Below are positions 1 to 9,280 of a stretch of DNA of 64,000 nt, piece by piece (position 1 is the first letter of the stretch; every line of letters begins with the position of its first letter). This stretch comes from a virus: positions 8,321 to 72,320 of the IMG/VR virus record IMGVR_UViG_3300008262_000126. The stretch is one strand, 5' to 3'. Made by a program: the position numbers and the translations under genes. The notes under the pieces are model-generated. The model was not told the origin of the DNA and made no database searches. It saw only the letters and a list, made by a program, of their open reading frames with translations.

Positions 1-2164
1 CGCCACCAGCACCGACGTCAATCGCGATTCTACTCGCATTGTACCCACGTGCTAAATAGTCAATAATGCGCTCCTGTTCAGGATAATCAATGCGTTGAAT
101 TCGGTACCGGACGAGAGAGTGCCATATGCCGTCAATAGACCCGAATACCTGTAGTACGGTAGGATCACTGAAGCCTGTGTCGATTGCAAACACAATACTT
201 TCGCACTTAGGAAGTTTAACAACAGGCAGTGCCTCTTGATACGTACGTCCTTTGTCCTTGTCTGATCCGCTATAACGATACGTATAAAAATCAAACGGGA
301 GAATCTTCATCTGATCGCGTGAGATAACTTGGAAAGACGGAGAACCATGCTTTCCTAGGATTAGCTGCTGAAATATGTCAGAGGATTCCCCACCAAACTT
401 GGAAAGTGCGTCGTCCCAATCAGCCTTTGTGAAGTACGGGTTGTTCGGTGCGGGTATGCGATACTTTTTAAACTTAGGAGTCTTGACATCCAAGACATAC
501 AAAGCTGTGTTACGCATGCCATTTGGCACGCCAAAATATCGCTCCTCGACCTTAGGTTCCCACGTATTCAAGGTAGGCTGCATCTGATCAAACGCAGGCA
601 TTGGAAATAACTGAAACTCGTCGCCCATAATTTTAGGAATGTGCAGACCGACCAAGTTGTTCTCGCCTTTGCTACCAGCGATACGAGCGTTTAGACGGTG
701 CCTTCGAGCTCCCATTTGAAAGTCTAACGTTCCTTTGGACCTGTTGACATTGTTATTCAAAAAGTCTTTCAGGAGGGGAGAAACGGTAAATTTTAAAATT
801 ACCTTGTCTAGAATAGGAGTTAACTGGCTGCTGTTGGGCGTCACCATAAGTTGCTCAGGGGTTCTGGGAAACTCAATAGACGAGTTGAGAACTTGGTAAG
901 TTATCAAGTCCTCTAAGATAACTGAGTTGTGTACAACAATGTTTTCGCTTATGTATGTTTCATCGTGGTAAACGTGTACTGAGTAAGTCAGCTGCATTCC
1001 ATGCCGCTGCTTGCTGCTAATGGGCTCCCAAGAGTACCAGTCAAGCACCGAGTCAGTTGTTTTTAAATTAACTGATACCCCCGGAACTTTGAAGTGGTTC
1101 CAAAACGCGTGAGCGGCGCTTCTGTCGTACGTTTCGACAACCCATTGAGAGTCGTCAATGTCAAAGATATGATGCTCTTCTGCATGATCTGCGACTTTGT
1201 ATGATTTCGTTTTTACACCAAAATACAGAAGAAGTTCCTGCCAATCCTGCACATACTTCCAATTAAACAGTTTGATCTTTACGCAGTCAAGCGAAAGATC
1301 TCCGTGCTGAGCATAGGCTGCTTCGAGAAATATACGGATGTTATCCAGTTTCTGTGTTTTGAGCCAATCAAGTTTGAACACCCGACGGTAATCTTTGCCA
1401 TACGCACCAAGCTCAATCTTAAGCTGATTGAGATAGTGCCTTACTCCGCCGGCTTTCATACGTTCAATGTAAACTTTACCAGACTCGTCTTTTCTGTATT
1501 GCAGGTACAGCGAGTTTGCTATTTCTTTAATCTCCGCATCGATGCGTTTGTAGCGTGGGACTATTGCACCCGCAGGTTTAAAATAAACACTGCCTGTGGC
1601 AAGATAGCCGAGAATGCGAAGTTCTGCCCAGCTCAGCGTATTGTGTACGCAGTGATCTGTGGGAAGTTTGTTCATAACGGCCACGACATCACCGACTTCT
1701 AAGTCCTGCATAAGGACAAAGCCTTTGGGTGTCATCACTGGATGTACGTCGGTAGCTTTGAGACTGTGGCCCGACTTAGTGGTAATTGAGTAGCATTTTT
1801 TCCATTTGTCTTTCCGGACAAACGCACGCCTCTGTGTAAAATCTCCCTTAATCGAATAGCCGTATGTTATAAAAGAGGGCTTCTTCAAAAGAGCCGTAAT
1901 CGTCTGATACCCCTCGTTTGTAAAAACTCGAGCAGACGCGGGTTGGCATTTACCAATAGCGCGACCGCCAGTCACTACGACGTGGCGTGACTGATCAGTC
2001 AGTATTTCTTTCTGGTAAGGCCGGAAAGAAAATTCTTCCTCCGGCCAGTTGCCCCTATTCATATCGGCATTGTTAGTAGAGCGTAGAAACTCGTTAAGCC
2101 AAACAGGATCTTCGAGAATTTCTAAGAGCGCTAACTCAGCGTCGTCAATCTTCGCTTTTAACAT
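1..2164 (-). CDS. terL: Terminase large subunit, intein-containing (3' end outside window)
   Basis: Manual translation from ATG at 2164: MLKAKIDD...FRPYQKEIL...TGGRAIGK|intein|SVILEDL (Walker A), IMGDEFQ (Walker B), RNase H-like nuclease motifs FAIDTGFSDPTV and IAIDVGAGG. The frame stays open to the window edge and is absent from the ORF track. Confidence 0.92.
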   Translation of the reverse strand, partial: MLKAKIDDAELALLEILEDPVWLNEFLRSTNNADMNRGNWPEEEFSFRPYQKEILTDQSRHVVVTGGRAIGKCQPASARVFTNEGYQTITALLKKPSFITYGYSIKGDFTQRRAFVRKDKWKKCYSITTKSGHSLKATDVHPVMTPKGFVLMQDLEVGDVVAVMNKLPTDHCVHNTLSWAELRILGYLATGSVYFKPAGAIVPRYKRIDAEIKEIANSLYLQYRKDESGKVYIERMKAGGVRHYLNQLKIELGAYGKDYRRVFKLDWLKTQKLDNIRIFLEAAYAQHGDLSLDCVKIKLFNWKYVQDWQELLLYFGVKTKSYKVADHAEEHHIFDIDDSQWVVETYDRSAAHAFWNHFKVPGVSVNLKTTDSVLDWYSWEPISSKQRHGMQLTYSVHVYHDETYISENIVVHNSVILEDLITYQVLNSSIEFPRTPEQLMVTPNSSQLTPILDKVILKFTVSPLLKDFLNNNVNRSKGTLDFQMGARRHRLNARIAGSKGENNLVGLHIPKIMGDEFQLFPMPAFDQMQPTLNTWEPKVEERYFGVPNGMRNTALYVLDVKTPKFKKYRIPAPNNPYFTKADWDDALSKFGGESSDIFQQLILGKHGSPSFQVISRDQMKILPFDFYTYRYSGSDKDKGRTYQEALPVVKLPKCESIVFAIDTGFSDPTVLQVFGSIDGIWHSLVRYRIQRIDYPEQERIIDYLARGYNASRIAIDVGAGG
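926..1948 (-). mobile_element. Intein (341 aa) with degenerate LAGLIDADG homing-endonuclease domain, inserted in the TerL P-loop
   Basis: Starts CQPASARVFT, has block B KATDVHPVMT, ends YISENIVVHN followed by Ser(+1). Removing it restores GGRAIGKS. LAGLIDADG-like blocks ILGYLATGS and FLEAAYAQHG. Confidence 0.93.
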
Positions 2165-2795
2165 CGTCTTCCTCTGCCTCCTCTTCGTCCCCCAAGATAA
2201 CATCGTCTTCGATGTCTGATCCTTCGCTTCCAGAGGATCTCGCCTTCTTTACAGAATAGCGGTGTTTTTTACGCCAGCCTGCGTCTTTAATATCGAAGAA
2301 GATGTCCTTCTCCTCACGCTCGGCGGTTACTGGTTTGTTACACTGATTGCAGTTAACTTTAAGTTCAAACGCACTGTGATCGTGCATAATTGAAAAGCGC
2401 GAAAGAAGTATCTTACAGTTTGGGCAATACAGCTTAATAAGCCGGCGCTCAAGAAAATCTTGAGCAGTTTGCTTCAAACTGACAATGTACTCCGCCACAG
2501 ACTCAGAGGAGTTCTGATTGCGTGTCTTTCGGTCAAGCGCAAGGGCTCGTTCAAGTTGCAGATTGCGCTCGATGATGTCCTTCAAAGAAGAACTTAATCG
2601 TTGAATCATGTCAATGTTGTCTACTGGGTCATCTTGCGTCAGTTCCTGTAGTTTTGCTTGAACGCTCTCAACAATAATTTGATTGTTGATTAGCATTTCC
2701 AAATTGGCTTTATCATTTGGGGATGATAATGTAGCCAAGTCGTATTTATCCGAATAGTCCTTCAAAATCTCATCAAACCTTCGGTTCTTAGCCAT
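2145..2795 (-). CDS. Probable terminase small subunit with C-terminal Zn-ribbon
   Basis: Directly upstream of and overlapping terL; helical/coiled-coil N-half, CPNC...CNQC, acidic tail. Confidence 0.55.
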   Translation of the reverse strand: MAKNRRFDEILKDYSDKYDLATLSSPNDKANLEMLINNQIIVESVQAKLQELTQDDPVDNIDMIQRLSSSLKDIIERNLQLERALALDRKTRNQNSSESVAEYIVSLKQTAQDFLERRLIKLYCPNCKILLSRFSIMHDHSAFELKVNCNQCNKPVTAEREEKDIFFDIKDAGWRKKHRYSVKKARSSGSEGSDIEDDVILGDEEEAEEDDVKSED

Positions 2796-2809
2796 TTCCC
2801 CTCCAGTAA

Positions 2810-2848
2810 GTGAGAGATACTAGTACCAAAGTACACAGTATCTCTCAC
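2810..2848 (-). other. Long intergenic hairpin (terminator or processing site) between nrdJ and terS
   Basis: Inverted repeat gtgagagatact / agtatctctcac. Confidence 0.5.
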
Positions 2849-2867
2849 CAATGTATCTAATAATTTG

Positions 2868-5018
2868 TCAGCGAATCGGACAAGCCCCGCCTTCGCAGTC
2901 TGTTCCCAGGTCGTCGTCGACTTCCACATTCTCGTGTTTCTCAAGAAGTGCGATAATCGACAAGCCTGTTACACCAGAGACTTCGGCCAATCGACGCTCG
3001 TACTCGAGTTCGTCAATTGCTTCGTACGGCATCAACGGGTAAGCCGTTGTAAACTTTGGAAGGAACGAAACACCAATGTAGTCTTCCCACTTGCGAAGCA
3101 GCAGTTCGATAATATCATCAACTTCGTCGGGACTGAATGTCACGGTGATTGACGTATTATGGTCAGTCCAGTACTTCTGCAAGATAAAGTAGCGATTAAG
3201 CTGTTCAACAGCACTTTCCGTTGCTGAAGCTTTCTTGGCAGACGTTTTAATTGGGAACTCTACAACCCAGGTCAATGCGCTTTTGAGTGTTGCTTCCTTG
3301 TCCGCATCGCTCATGGCTGCAAAGACATCAGGCATGCATGATGTGGCTTCTGGGAAGATTGGATACCCTGACTCGCGCATAGCTTGAGCCAGCGGGTCTT
3401 TTGACGAGATACGGACACGGCGAACGTAGTGAGGTGCGTACGATGCGTGAGCACCGCTGGAGACAGTAGGAAGTTGAGCGATTGTGCCCGACGGCTTAAC
3501 CGTTGTAACTAAAAGGGGAGTGGGAATGCGGAGTTCAGCTGCATATCCCAGAGCTGCTTCTTGAGCAACCGTATTTATAATCGCCAAAACTTCGCGCAAT
3601 GTGTAAAACTTTAAACGTGAGCGATTTGCGCCATCACGGTCGACAGTACGAATAGCATTTGAGCTTTCTTCGGTAGTCGAAACACCGAGTGCGTCGAAAG
3701 CCTCGACGTAGCCCGTTAGGCTAACTCCAGTCAATCGATCTCGCTGCTGTACTTTATTCCAGTGAGGCAGCTCAAGCTCGAGTGTGGCCATACGCACTCC
3801 GAGACGCGTGGCTTGCACTACTGCACGCTCAAGTTCAATCATATCGAGATACCCACCGTACTCGTCATTCTTAACGAAGTTACGAACGTTAATTTCGCTA
3901 AGGTTACACACACCGTTATCTGCCAAAAGAATTTCCGCACACGGGTTAGTACCGGCATACCAAGGGCGACGTTTTGCCGCAGCCACAGCATTAATAAAAC
4001 CTGGCTCGCCGTTGTTCAAAATACGGCTGAACAGCTGCGTAAGCTGCTCTTTGGTTGGTTTCTCAGTGAAGTAAACCGAATTGTTACTCATTGAGCGAAA
4101 CCGCTTGTCTTCTTTAGCGGGGTCGGACCAAAGGTCGACTTTAGCGTCAAGTACCGCAGTGTCGTTAATGTCAAACAAGGTGATCTCGGAAGAACGACGA
4201 ACGCCGCCGACAACAACGGCCTCGCCAATCAAGTTCATCACGTCCATAGCCTGAAGCGTCGAAAGACGGTCAGTGCCCTCGTTCAAGACTTTGACAATCT
4301 TCTCGTACATATCCCGCAGTGCTTCATGACCGCTGGCGCGACCGCCAAACGTTTTCAATTGCTCGCCTGCGGGACGGACGCTATCGTAGTCGACAACGAT
4401 CTTCTTATAACCCTTGAAGAAGGCTTCAAACAGGGCTTCTAAGCCCCACACCCAGCCTTCCTTGCTATCACCTACCGAAAGATACATTATGTCGCCATCA
4501 ATGGCATATTTCGAGAGCTCTTCGCGATCCGCTTTGCGCTTAGCGCTATATTCTCTGTGTTCAATGGTTACGCCGGTGATCAGCGCTGGGAATTTGGTTA
4601 CGTCCTGCGGCAAAACGCGAAAACCTACTCCAGTGCCAAGCATCATCAAATAAAATGCGTCGAGGAACGCTTGTACATCATCAACGATCATGAACGAGCA
4701 GTTGAAGTTCGAAAGCGGGTACTTCTTAGCAGCCTCTGTGCCACCGGTCCACAAAGTGCGACCTGCTGGAAAAACTGACAGATTGTACATGGCCTCAAAA
4801 AGTTCACGTGCTTCCATTTCCCGATCCAGGCGGTTAGTAATTGCGTCGAGACCCATGCTGTACTCAACCACGCGAGTAACAGTCTCTTTCCAAGTTTCTC
4901 GTCGTCGCTTGGTAGGTAAATACCGGCTATATGTACGCAGATAGACAAACTGACCGAGCAAGCTCGGCCATTGTGGATTGTCTTCAAATTTGTTTAAGAA
5001 TGACTTACTAAGTAACAT
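2868..5018 (-). CDS. nrdJ: Class II (adenosylcobalamin-dependent) ribonucleotide reductase
   Basis: YLRTYSR, PAGRTLW, FNCSF, GGVRRSSEI, TNPCAEI, TTVKPSGT, C-terminal CEGGACPIR. Confidence 0.95.
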   Translation of the reverse strand: MLLSKSFLNKFEDNPQWPSLLGQFVYLRTYSRYLPTKRRRETWKETVTRVVEYSMGLDAITNRLDREMEARELFEAMYNLSVFPAGRTLWTGGTEAAKKYPLSNFNCSFMIVDDVQAFLDAFYLMMLGTGVGFRVLPQDVTKFPALITGVTIEHREYSAKRKADREELSKYAIDGDIMYLSVGDSKEGWVWGLEALFEAFFKGYKKIVVDYDSVRPAGEQLKTFGGRASGHEALRDMYEKIVKVLNEGTDRLSTLQAMDVMNLIGEAVVVGGVRRSSEITLFDINDTAVLDAKVDLWSDPAKEDKRFRSMSNNSVYFTEKPTKEQLTQLFSRILNNGEPGFINAVAAAKRRPWYAGTNPCAEILLADNGVCNLSEINVRNFVKNDEYGGYLDMIELERAVVQATRLGVRMATLELELPHWNKVQQRDRLTGVSLTGYVEAFDALGVSTTEESSNAIRTVDRDGANRSRLKFYTLREVLAIINTVAQEAALGYAAELRIPTPLLVTTVKPSGTIAQLPTVSSGAHASYAPHYVRRVRISSKDPLAQAMRESGYPIFPEATSCMPDVFAAMSDADKEATLKSALTWVVEFPIKTSAKKASATESAVEQLNRYFILQKYWTDHNTSITVTFSPDEVDDIIELLLRKWEDYIGVSFLPKFTTAYPLMPYEAIDELEYERRLAEVSGVTGLSIIALLEKHENVEVDDDLGTDCEGGACPIR

Positions 5019-5289
5019 CGTTAGCTCCTATATTCTCGTAATAATGAACTGTCGGATCAGTAAACGCAAAGTCCGTCATTATACTCTTGACAGACTTAAG
5101 GTTATCCACATACGCAACATGACTGACCATGTGATTCCGCAACTTGTTCATGAAAAGCTGCGGATCCTCTCCGTTAAACGCAACCACTACTGTGTATGGG
5201 TCTAACCGATCATCCTTGTTAGACGCAACGGCAAATCTAACTATAAACGCACTATTCTCTTCCTTCCAGTCTACAATGCGAAACCTCAT
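5008..5289 (-). CDS. Hypothetical protein
   Basis: 93-aa ORF overlapping both neighbours in the leftward operon. Confidence 0.6.
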   Translation of the reverse strand: MRFRIVDWKEENSAFIVRFAVASNKDDRLDPYTVVVAFNGEDPQLFMNKLRNHMVSHVAYVDNLKSVKSIMTDFAFTDPTVHYYENIGANDVT

Positions 5290-5627
5290 CGAGTATCCCC
5301 ATCCCCTTGAATCACCCCGCGCTCCATACGAGAAGCAAGCTTCTCTGCGTTGTGCCAGGCTAAATTTTCAAGAGTTTGACCCATATCATCAACACAACAG
5401 GTCACATACCAGAGAACATCGCCAAGTTCGTCAAAAAGACGTTCGGCGGTTTCCTGATCAATTTGACCGTCGTGATCGCGCAAAATCTTTTTCATTTTAC
5501 CCGCAACTTCACCAGCTTCTGAAGCAAGACCAAGAATCGGATAGATTAACCGATAACCTTCCGAATACTTCTTTGTAGACACAACAAACGCCTGATACTC
5601 ATTCCAATTCAACGAAGCATCTTCCAT
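5286..5627 (-). CDS. MazG-like nucleotide pyrophosphohydrolase
   Basis: LGLASEAGEVAGKMKK...DELGDVLWYV...NAEKLASR...GDGDTR; start moved to the ATG at 5627 behind GGAGG. Confidence 0.88.
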   Translation of the reverse strand: MEDASLNWNEYQAFVVSTKKYSEGYRLIYPILGLASEAGEVAGKMKKILRDHDGQIDQETAERLFDELGDVLWYVTCCVDDMGQTLENLAWHNAEKLASRMERGVIQGDGDTR

Positions 5628-5639
5628 CTTTTTCCTCCA

Positions 5640-5890
5640 CCTAGATAATATTAAACACTGAGAACATGATAACATATAATTTAAATAAAAACAAAACATA
5701 CTAGATTTAATATCTAATATGTAAACATATGTTATATGCGCTTCTTTTTTTTTTCTCTCTTGTGGGATTATAACAATCTCGTCAAGTGATTAGTATTAGA
5801 ATTGCATTAGACAACCTCACTTACATAAACTCTCCGCTTTTATGCTATGATAGTAGCGGGTAAATATGCCCAAAATAACTTGTCAGGTGA
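5640..5890. promoter_or_regulatory. AT-rich divergent control region
   Basis: Very AT-rich gap between divergent operons; TGcTATGAT extended -10-like element near 5843-5851 on the + strand. Confidence 0.5.
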
Positions 5891-5894
5891 ATTT

Positions 5895-6287
5895 ATGAGA
5901 TATGTTAGATGTATGTTTTGTGATGAAAGGCGGAAGAGTGGTGATTTTCTCTGTGCTGCTTGCCGTACTTTATACGGACCGTATGCGGCAGAAGAGTGGT
6001 TTTCAGAATTAGTTCAGATGGAAAAAAGACAGCGGAAGATTACAAAACTTGAGTCGACTAATTTTGAGGTTGATTATCTTCCAAAAGAACCTGAAAGATA
6101 TTGGGGATCTTCTCGTCCAAGGGGTAGACCACGAACAACTGACGTTATTGAATCTTTTATAAAAAGTGTGTATTCGCCTGATCACTCAGTAAGGTCTTTA
6201 ACTAACCTATGTAATGCAACAGGTTTAATTGTTTCTCGTGAGAGTGTTCGCATGATTATCAACAAGCTAAAGTTGACAAAAAATTAA
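5895..6287 (+). CDS. Putative DNA-binding regulator (Zn finger, AT-hook, HTH-like)
   Basis: CMFC...CAAC, RPRGRPR, C-terminal SVRSLTNL...VSRESVRMII. Confidence 0.55.
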   Translation: MRYVRCMFCDERRKSGDFLCAACRTLYGPYAAEEWFSELVQMEKRQRKITKLESTNFEVDYLPKEPERYWGSSRPRGRPRTTDVIESFIKSVYSPDHSVRSLTNLCNATGLIVSRESVRMIINKLKLTKN

Positions 6288-6320
6288 GGATACTATTAGA
6301 GGACACTTTTGGAGGGGTAT

Positions 6321-7085
6321 ATGCCAATTAACATTCCGTCTACGACGACGACAACTTTGGGGACAATCGAGATAATTGGAGACTCGTCAACAACCCATTA
6401 TCAACAGTTTGTAATTACTAATTCAAGCGGTGTTGCACTGGGGACTGATTCTTTTCCGTTACCAGTCAGCATAAAAATGGATGGTTCTTTCACACAAGCT
6501 TTTAATCAAGACACAACGCTTTTTCCAAACGGTGCAGCTTACTACAATGAACCCGTAGATAATAGCGGCCCTGAACTTCAAGATGGCGAGCTTTCTGTTT
6601 TACGATCAACTGCTAAAGGTGGTTTGAAGACTGCTGGTGACGGCAGAGTAAACGAGTTAATTTCTACTATCGCCGATGGCTACGACGACATTTATGTCGT
6701 TGAGGACACCTTCGATCCTTTGACAATGGATGTCATTGATCCGTATGGTGACTTCTTTGATACGTCTCGCAATAATATTAGATACATGTATGTTCCAATG
6801 ATACGTTCTGGTTGGAGAAAACTTTCGTTTTCTTTCAAATCGTCTGTAGCCGGATCAATTTCTGTTTATGCCGACTTTGGTTCTAAAACAGCGGACTTGC
6901 AGATTACGAGTGCTCCTGTTTTTCCAGGAGCTCGTTATGGATTTGTTCCAGAACCCATAACAGCTACCGGTATCATTACAAGCATCCCGATGCTGGCTAG
7001 CGCTGTAAACGCGTTTATTATCTGCTTTACGCCGTCTGGCACAGCAGCTGGAAATTTTGAGGTTCACTTAGTTAGAGGTGCTTAA
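6321..7085 (+). CDS. Hypothetical, probable virion structural protein
   Basis: GGAGG SD; beta-rich sequence; first gene of the head module. Confidence 0.55.
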   Translation: MPINIPSTTTTTLGTIEIIGDSSTTHYQQFVITNSSGVALGTDSFPLPVSIKMDGSFTQAFNQDTTLFPNGAAYYNEPVDNSGPELQDGELSVLRSTAKGGLKTAGDGRVNELISTIADGYDDIYVVEDTFDPLTMDVIDPYGDFFDTSRNNIRYMYVPMIRSGWRKLSFSFKSSVAGSISVYADFGSKTADLQITSAPVFPGARYGFVPEPITATGIITSIPMLASAVNAFIICFTPSGTAAGNFEVHLVRGA

Positions 7086-8660
7086 ATGAACGAAGAAGCT
7101 GAGTACCTATCTCCTAGGCAGGAAGATCTTGTCGAGGAGCTAGTCAAAATAGCAGATGAGTACGGCAAGTTTGGTTGGGGAGTTGATAGCGAAGGCTCTC
7201 ACTACACCCCTGCTGAAAAGAACCCGTTTAAAGCGGAGGGATTAGTCTGCGCTAACTGCGCTTTCTACGCTAAAGATAGCGCAAGCTGTTCGATTGTTAC
7301 TGGTCAGATTGAGCCCGAAGCCATATGTAAATTTTGGATTATCGAGAACACTGACCTAAATATTCCAGACTTTGTCGAAGATCCCATGACTGAAACTACG
7401 GAAGAGGAGGAGGACAGCAATGAAACCTACTCTGCCGCTAAATACGCTAACATTAATTTCTCTCCCCCTGCCGGTGTACGGTCCGCTGCAAAGCGAGGCT
7501 TGGCACTGCACAAAGAAGGACTTAGTGGAGATGGTTTAGAACCCGCTACTGTAGCCTGGGCAAGAAAATATGTTTCAGGCCAGTCAGTTAGTCCCGAACG
7601 GGCTCGAATGGGTAACCGTTTTTACGGAAGAAACGCACGATTTGCGAATGCTCCTAAAGATTCGCCAGCTTGGGTTTCTTGGTTACTTTGGGGAGGGGCG
7701 GCAGGAAGAGGTTGGTTTGCACGCCTAGTAAGACAAATGAATAACGCTGACAAGAAAAGTTCGGCATCTGTGAAAGGTGGTTTGCGACTGGCACAAACGT
7801 CAGATATTAACCACCCGTTCATAAAAGAAATTGAGGTTGTTCTCACAGACTTTGAGCCTAACGCTAACGGCGAAGGTATCTCAAGATCAGAGATCGACAA
7901 CGTAATTCGCACTTCCCGGCTAACACCGATTAAAATATCGGTGTCTGAGAGCGGTTACGGTGGCCACACTGGAGCACATCCTGTGGGAGCCATAACCGAG
8001 GCGTTCGTAGACACGTACGAAGGACGCGATGTAATTATGGGGCGCGCTTTCATTTGGAAAGACCAATACCCCGCAGTTTATGATCTGCTAAAAACACGCG
8101 CCGACGAAAACGAGTTTATCGGAACTTCTTGGGAAGTGTACTACACCTCTGCTGAAGAGGTAAACGGCATTAACTGGCTTAAAGACGTAGTCTTTGCCGG
8201 CACCTGCATTGTAGATAATCCCGCCTATGGAAATAGAACTCCGCTACTTTCAGTAGCAGAAGAGAAGGAAAAAATGGAAGAACTGAAAAAACAAATTGAA
8301 GAACTTACGGCCGCTCTGGCCGAGAAGGAGAAGGAAGCCAATGACTTACGGACCAAAGTCCAAGCCTTCGAAGAAGCCGAACAGCATGCCAAAGCCGAAG
8401 CCAGGAAAAATGAAGTAATCGCTGAACTTTCTTCTGTCTTCGGTCAAAGCGAGATCGAGCAAAAGCTCGAATTCTATCTGTCGCTTTCTGACGATGTCTT
8501 GAAGAAGATTATTGGGGATCTGCAAAAAGCTGCTCCTACAAGCAAGTCAACTTCAAGCACCAAAGAGCCTATTTCAATTCCAGAACCCCAAAGCTCGACG
8601 ACTGACGCAGTCAGCCCTAAAGCTTTGGCAGACTTCTTGAAAAAGAATCCTAAGGTCTAA
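7086..8660 (+). CDS. Multidomain prohead protease/scaffold with N-terminal HiPIP-like domain
   Basis: CANCAFY...CSIVTGQIEPEAICKFW; PPAGVRSAAKRGL...WLLWGG phage domain; protease-like TDFEPNANG...GHTGAHPVG...GTSWE...GTCIVDNPAY; C-terminal coiled coil; lies just upstream of the capsid genes. Confidence 0.75.
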   Translation: MNEEAEYLSPRQEDLVEELVKIADEYGKFGWGVDSEGSHYTPAEKNPFKAEGLVCANCAFYAKDSASCSIVTGQIEPEAICKFWIIENTDLNIPDFVEDPMTETTEEEEDSNETYSAAKYANINFSPPAGVRSAAKRGLALHKEGLSGDGLEPATVAWARKYVSGQSVSPERARMGNRFYGRNARFANAPKDSPAWVSWLLWGGAAGRGWFARLVRQMNNADKKSSASVKGGLRLAQTSDINHPFIKEIEVVLTDFEPNANGEGISRSEIDNVIRTSRLTPIKISVSESGYGGHTGAHPVGAITEAFVDTYEGRDVIMGRAFIWKDQYPAVYDLLKTRADENEFIGTSWEVYYTSAEEVNGINWLKDVVFAGTCIVDNPAYGNRTPLLSVAEEKEKMEELKKQIEELTAALAEKEKEANDLRTKVQAFEEAEQHAKAEARKNEVIAELSSVFGQSEIEQKLEFYLSLSDDVLKKIIGDLQKAAPTSKSTSSTKEPISIPEPQSSTTDAVSPKALADFLKKNPKV

Positions 8661-8690
8661 CTTTAGTTCTTTTTCACAAGACGAATATAC

Positions 8691-8715
8691 CGAAGGACTA
8701 CGGAATTAGTCTAAA
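8691..8715 (+). promoter_or_regulatory. Candidate late promoter CGAAGG-N13-TCTAAA (copy 1)
   Basis: Same bipartite motif with identical spacing at 12144-12168. Confidence 0.5.
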
Positions 8716-8736
8716 TTTTAAATGAGGTAACTAAAA

Positions 8737-9267
8737 ATGGCAGTTATTGTAACCACGCAATTCAGCCGGCAGGGTGTCGCAGCTTCAACGATTGTTGAAG
8801 GTCGCGCCGTTGTTGTTGGCGCTTCGGGTGTGCGTGAAGATTTGCCCAATGTGACGTATGCGAGTGCTAACACTCTGCATGGCGTTTTCATTGCGTTCTT
8901 CCCACCTGACAACTTTCCTTCCCCAACGTACGAGGATTGGTATACTGTTCCAGGAACCAAGACCTACAACTTGAATGATGGCGGTCTCTACGGCGATCCC
9001 ATCTTTGATAAGAAGCAATACTTGGTCAAGCGCTCCATGTGGAAAGAACCAGTAATGGTTAGCGGTGAACTCGTTGCTTTGCATCAAGGCAAAATTGGCA
9101 TTACGACTGGCTGTTTCGTCGACTCAGCTAACATTAAAGTTCCTGGCGCTCGCGTTGCCGTCGGCGCGTCTGGTCTGCTTACTTATACCACCACTGATAG
9201 TCACACCATTGCGACCGTCGAGCGTTATCAGCCCGACACCGAAATGTTGTACATTATCATGCATTAA
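8737..9267 (+). CDS. Capsid decoration/cement protein
   Basis: 176-aa beta-rich ORF between scaffold and major capsid gene; codon usage resembles highly expressed genes. Confidence 0.6.
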   Translation: MAVIVTTQFSRQGVAASTIVEGRAVVVGASGVREDLPNVTYASANTLHGVFIAFFPPDNFPSPTYEDWYTVPGTKTYNLNDGGLYGDPIFDKKQYLVKRSMWKEPVMVSGELVALHQGKIGITTGCFVDSANIKVPGARVAVGASGLLTYTTTDSHTIATVERYQPDTEMLYIIMH

Positions 9268-9280
9268 TTAGGAGTAAAAA

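Noticed and set aside
52-1702. Short ORFs 52-294, 375-587 and 1304-1702 in the ORF track
   Set aside because: They are shadows of the minus-strand terL/intein frame, which has clear motifs.
5102-5110. Isolated TTATCCACA DnaA box
   Set aside because: A single copy inside a coding region is compatible with chance.
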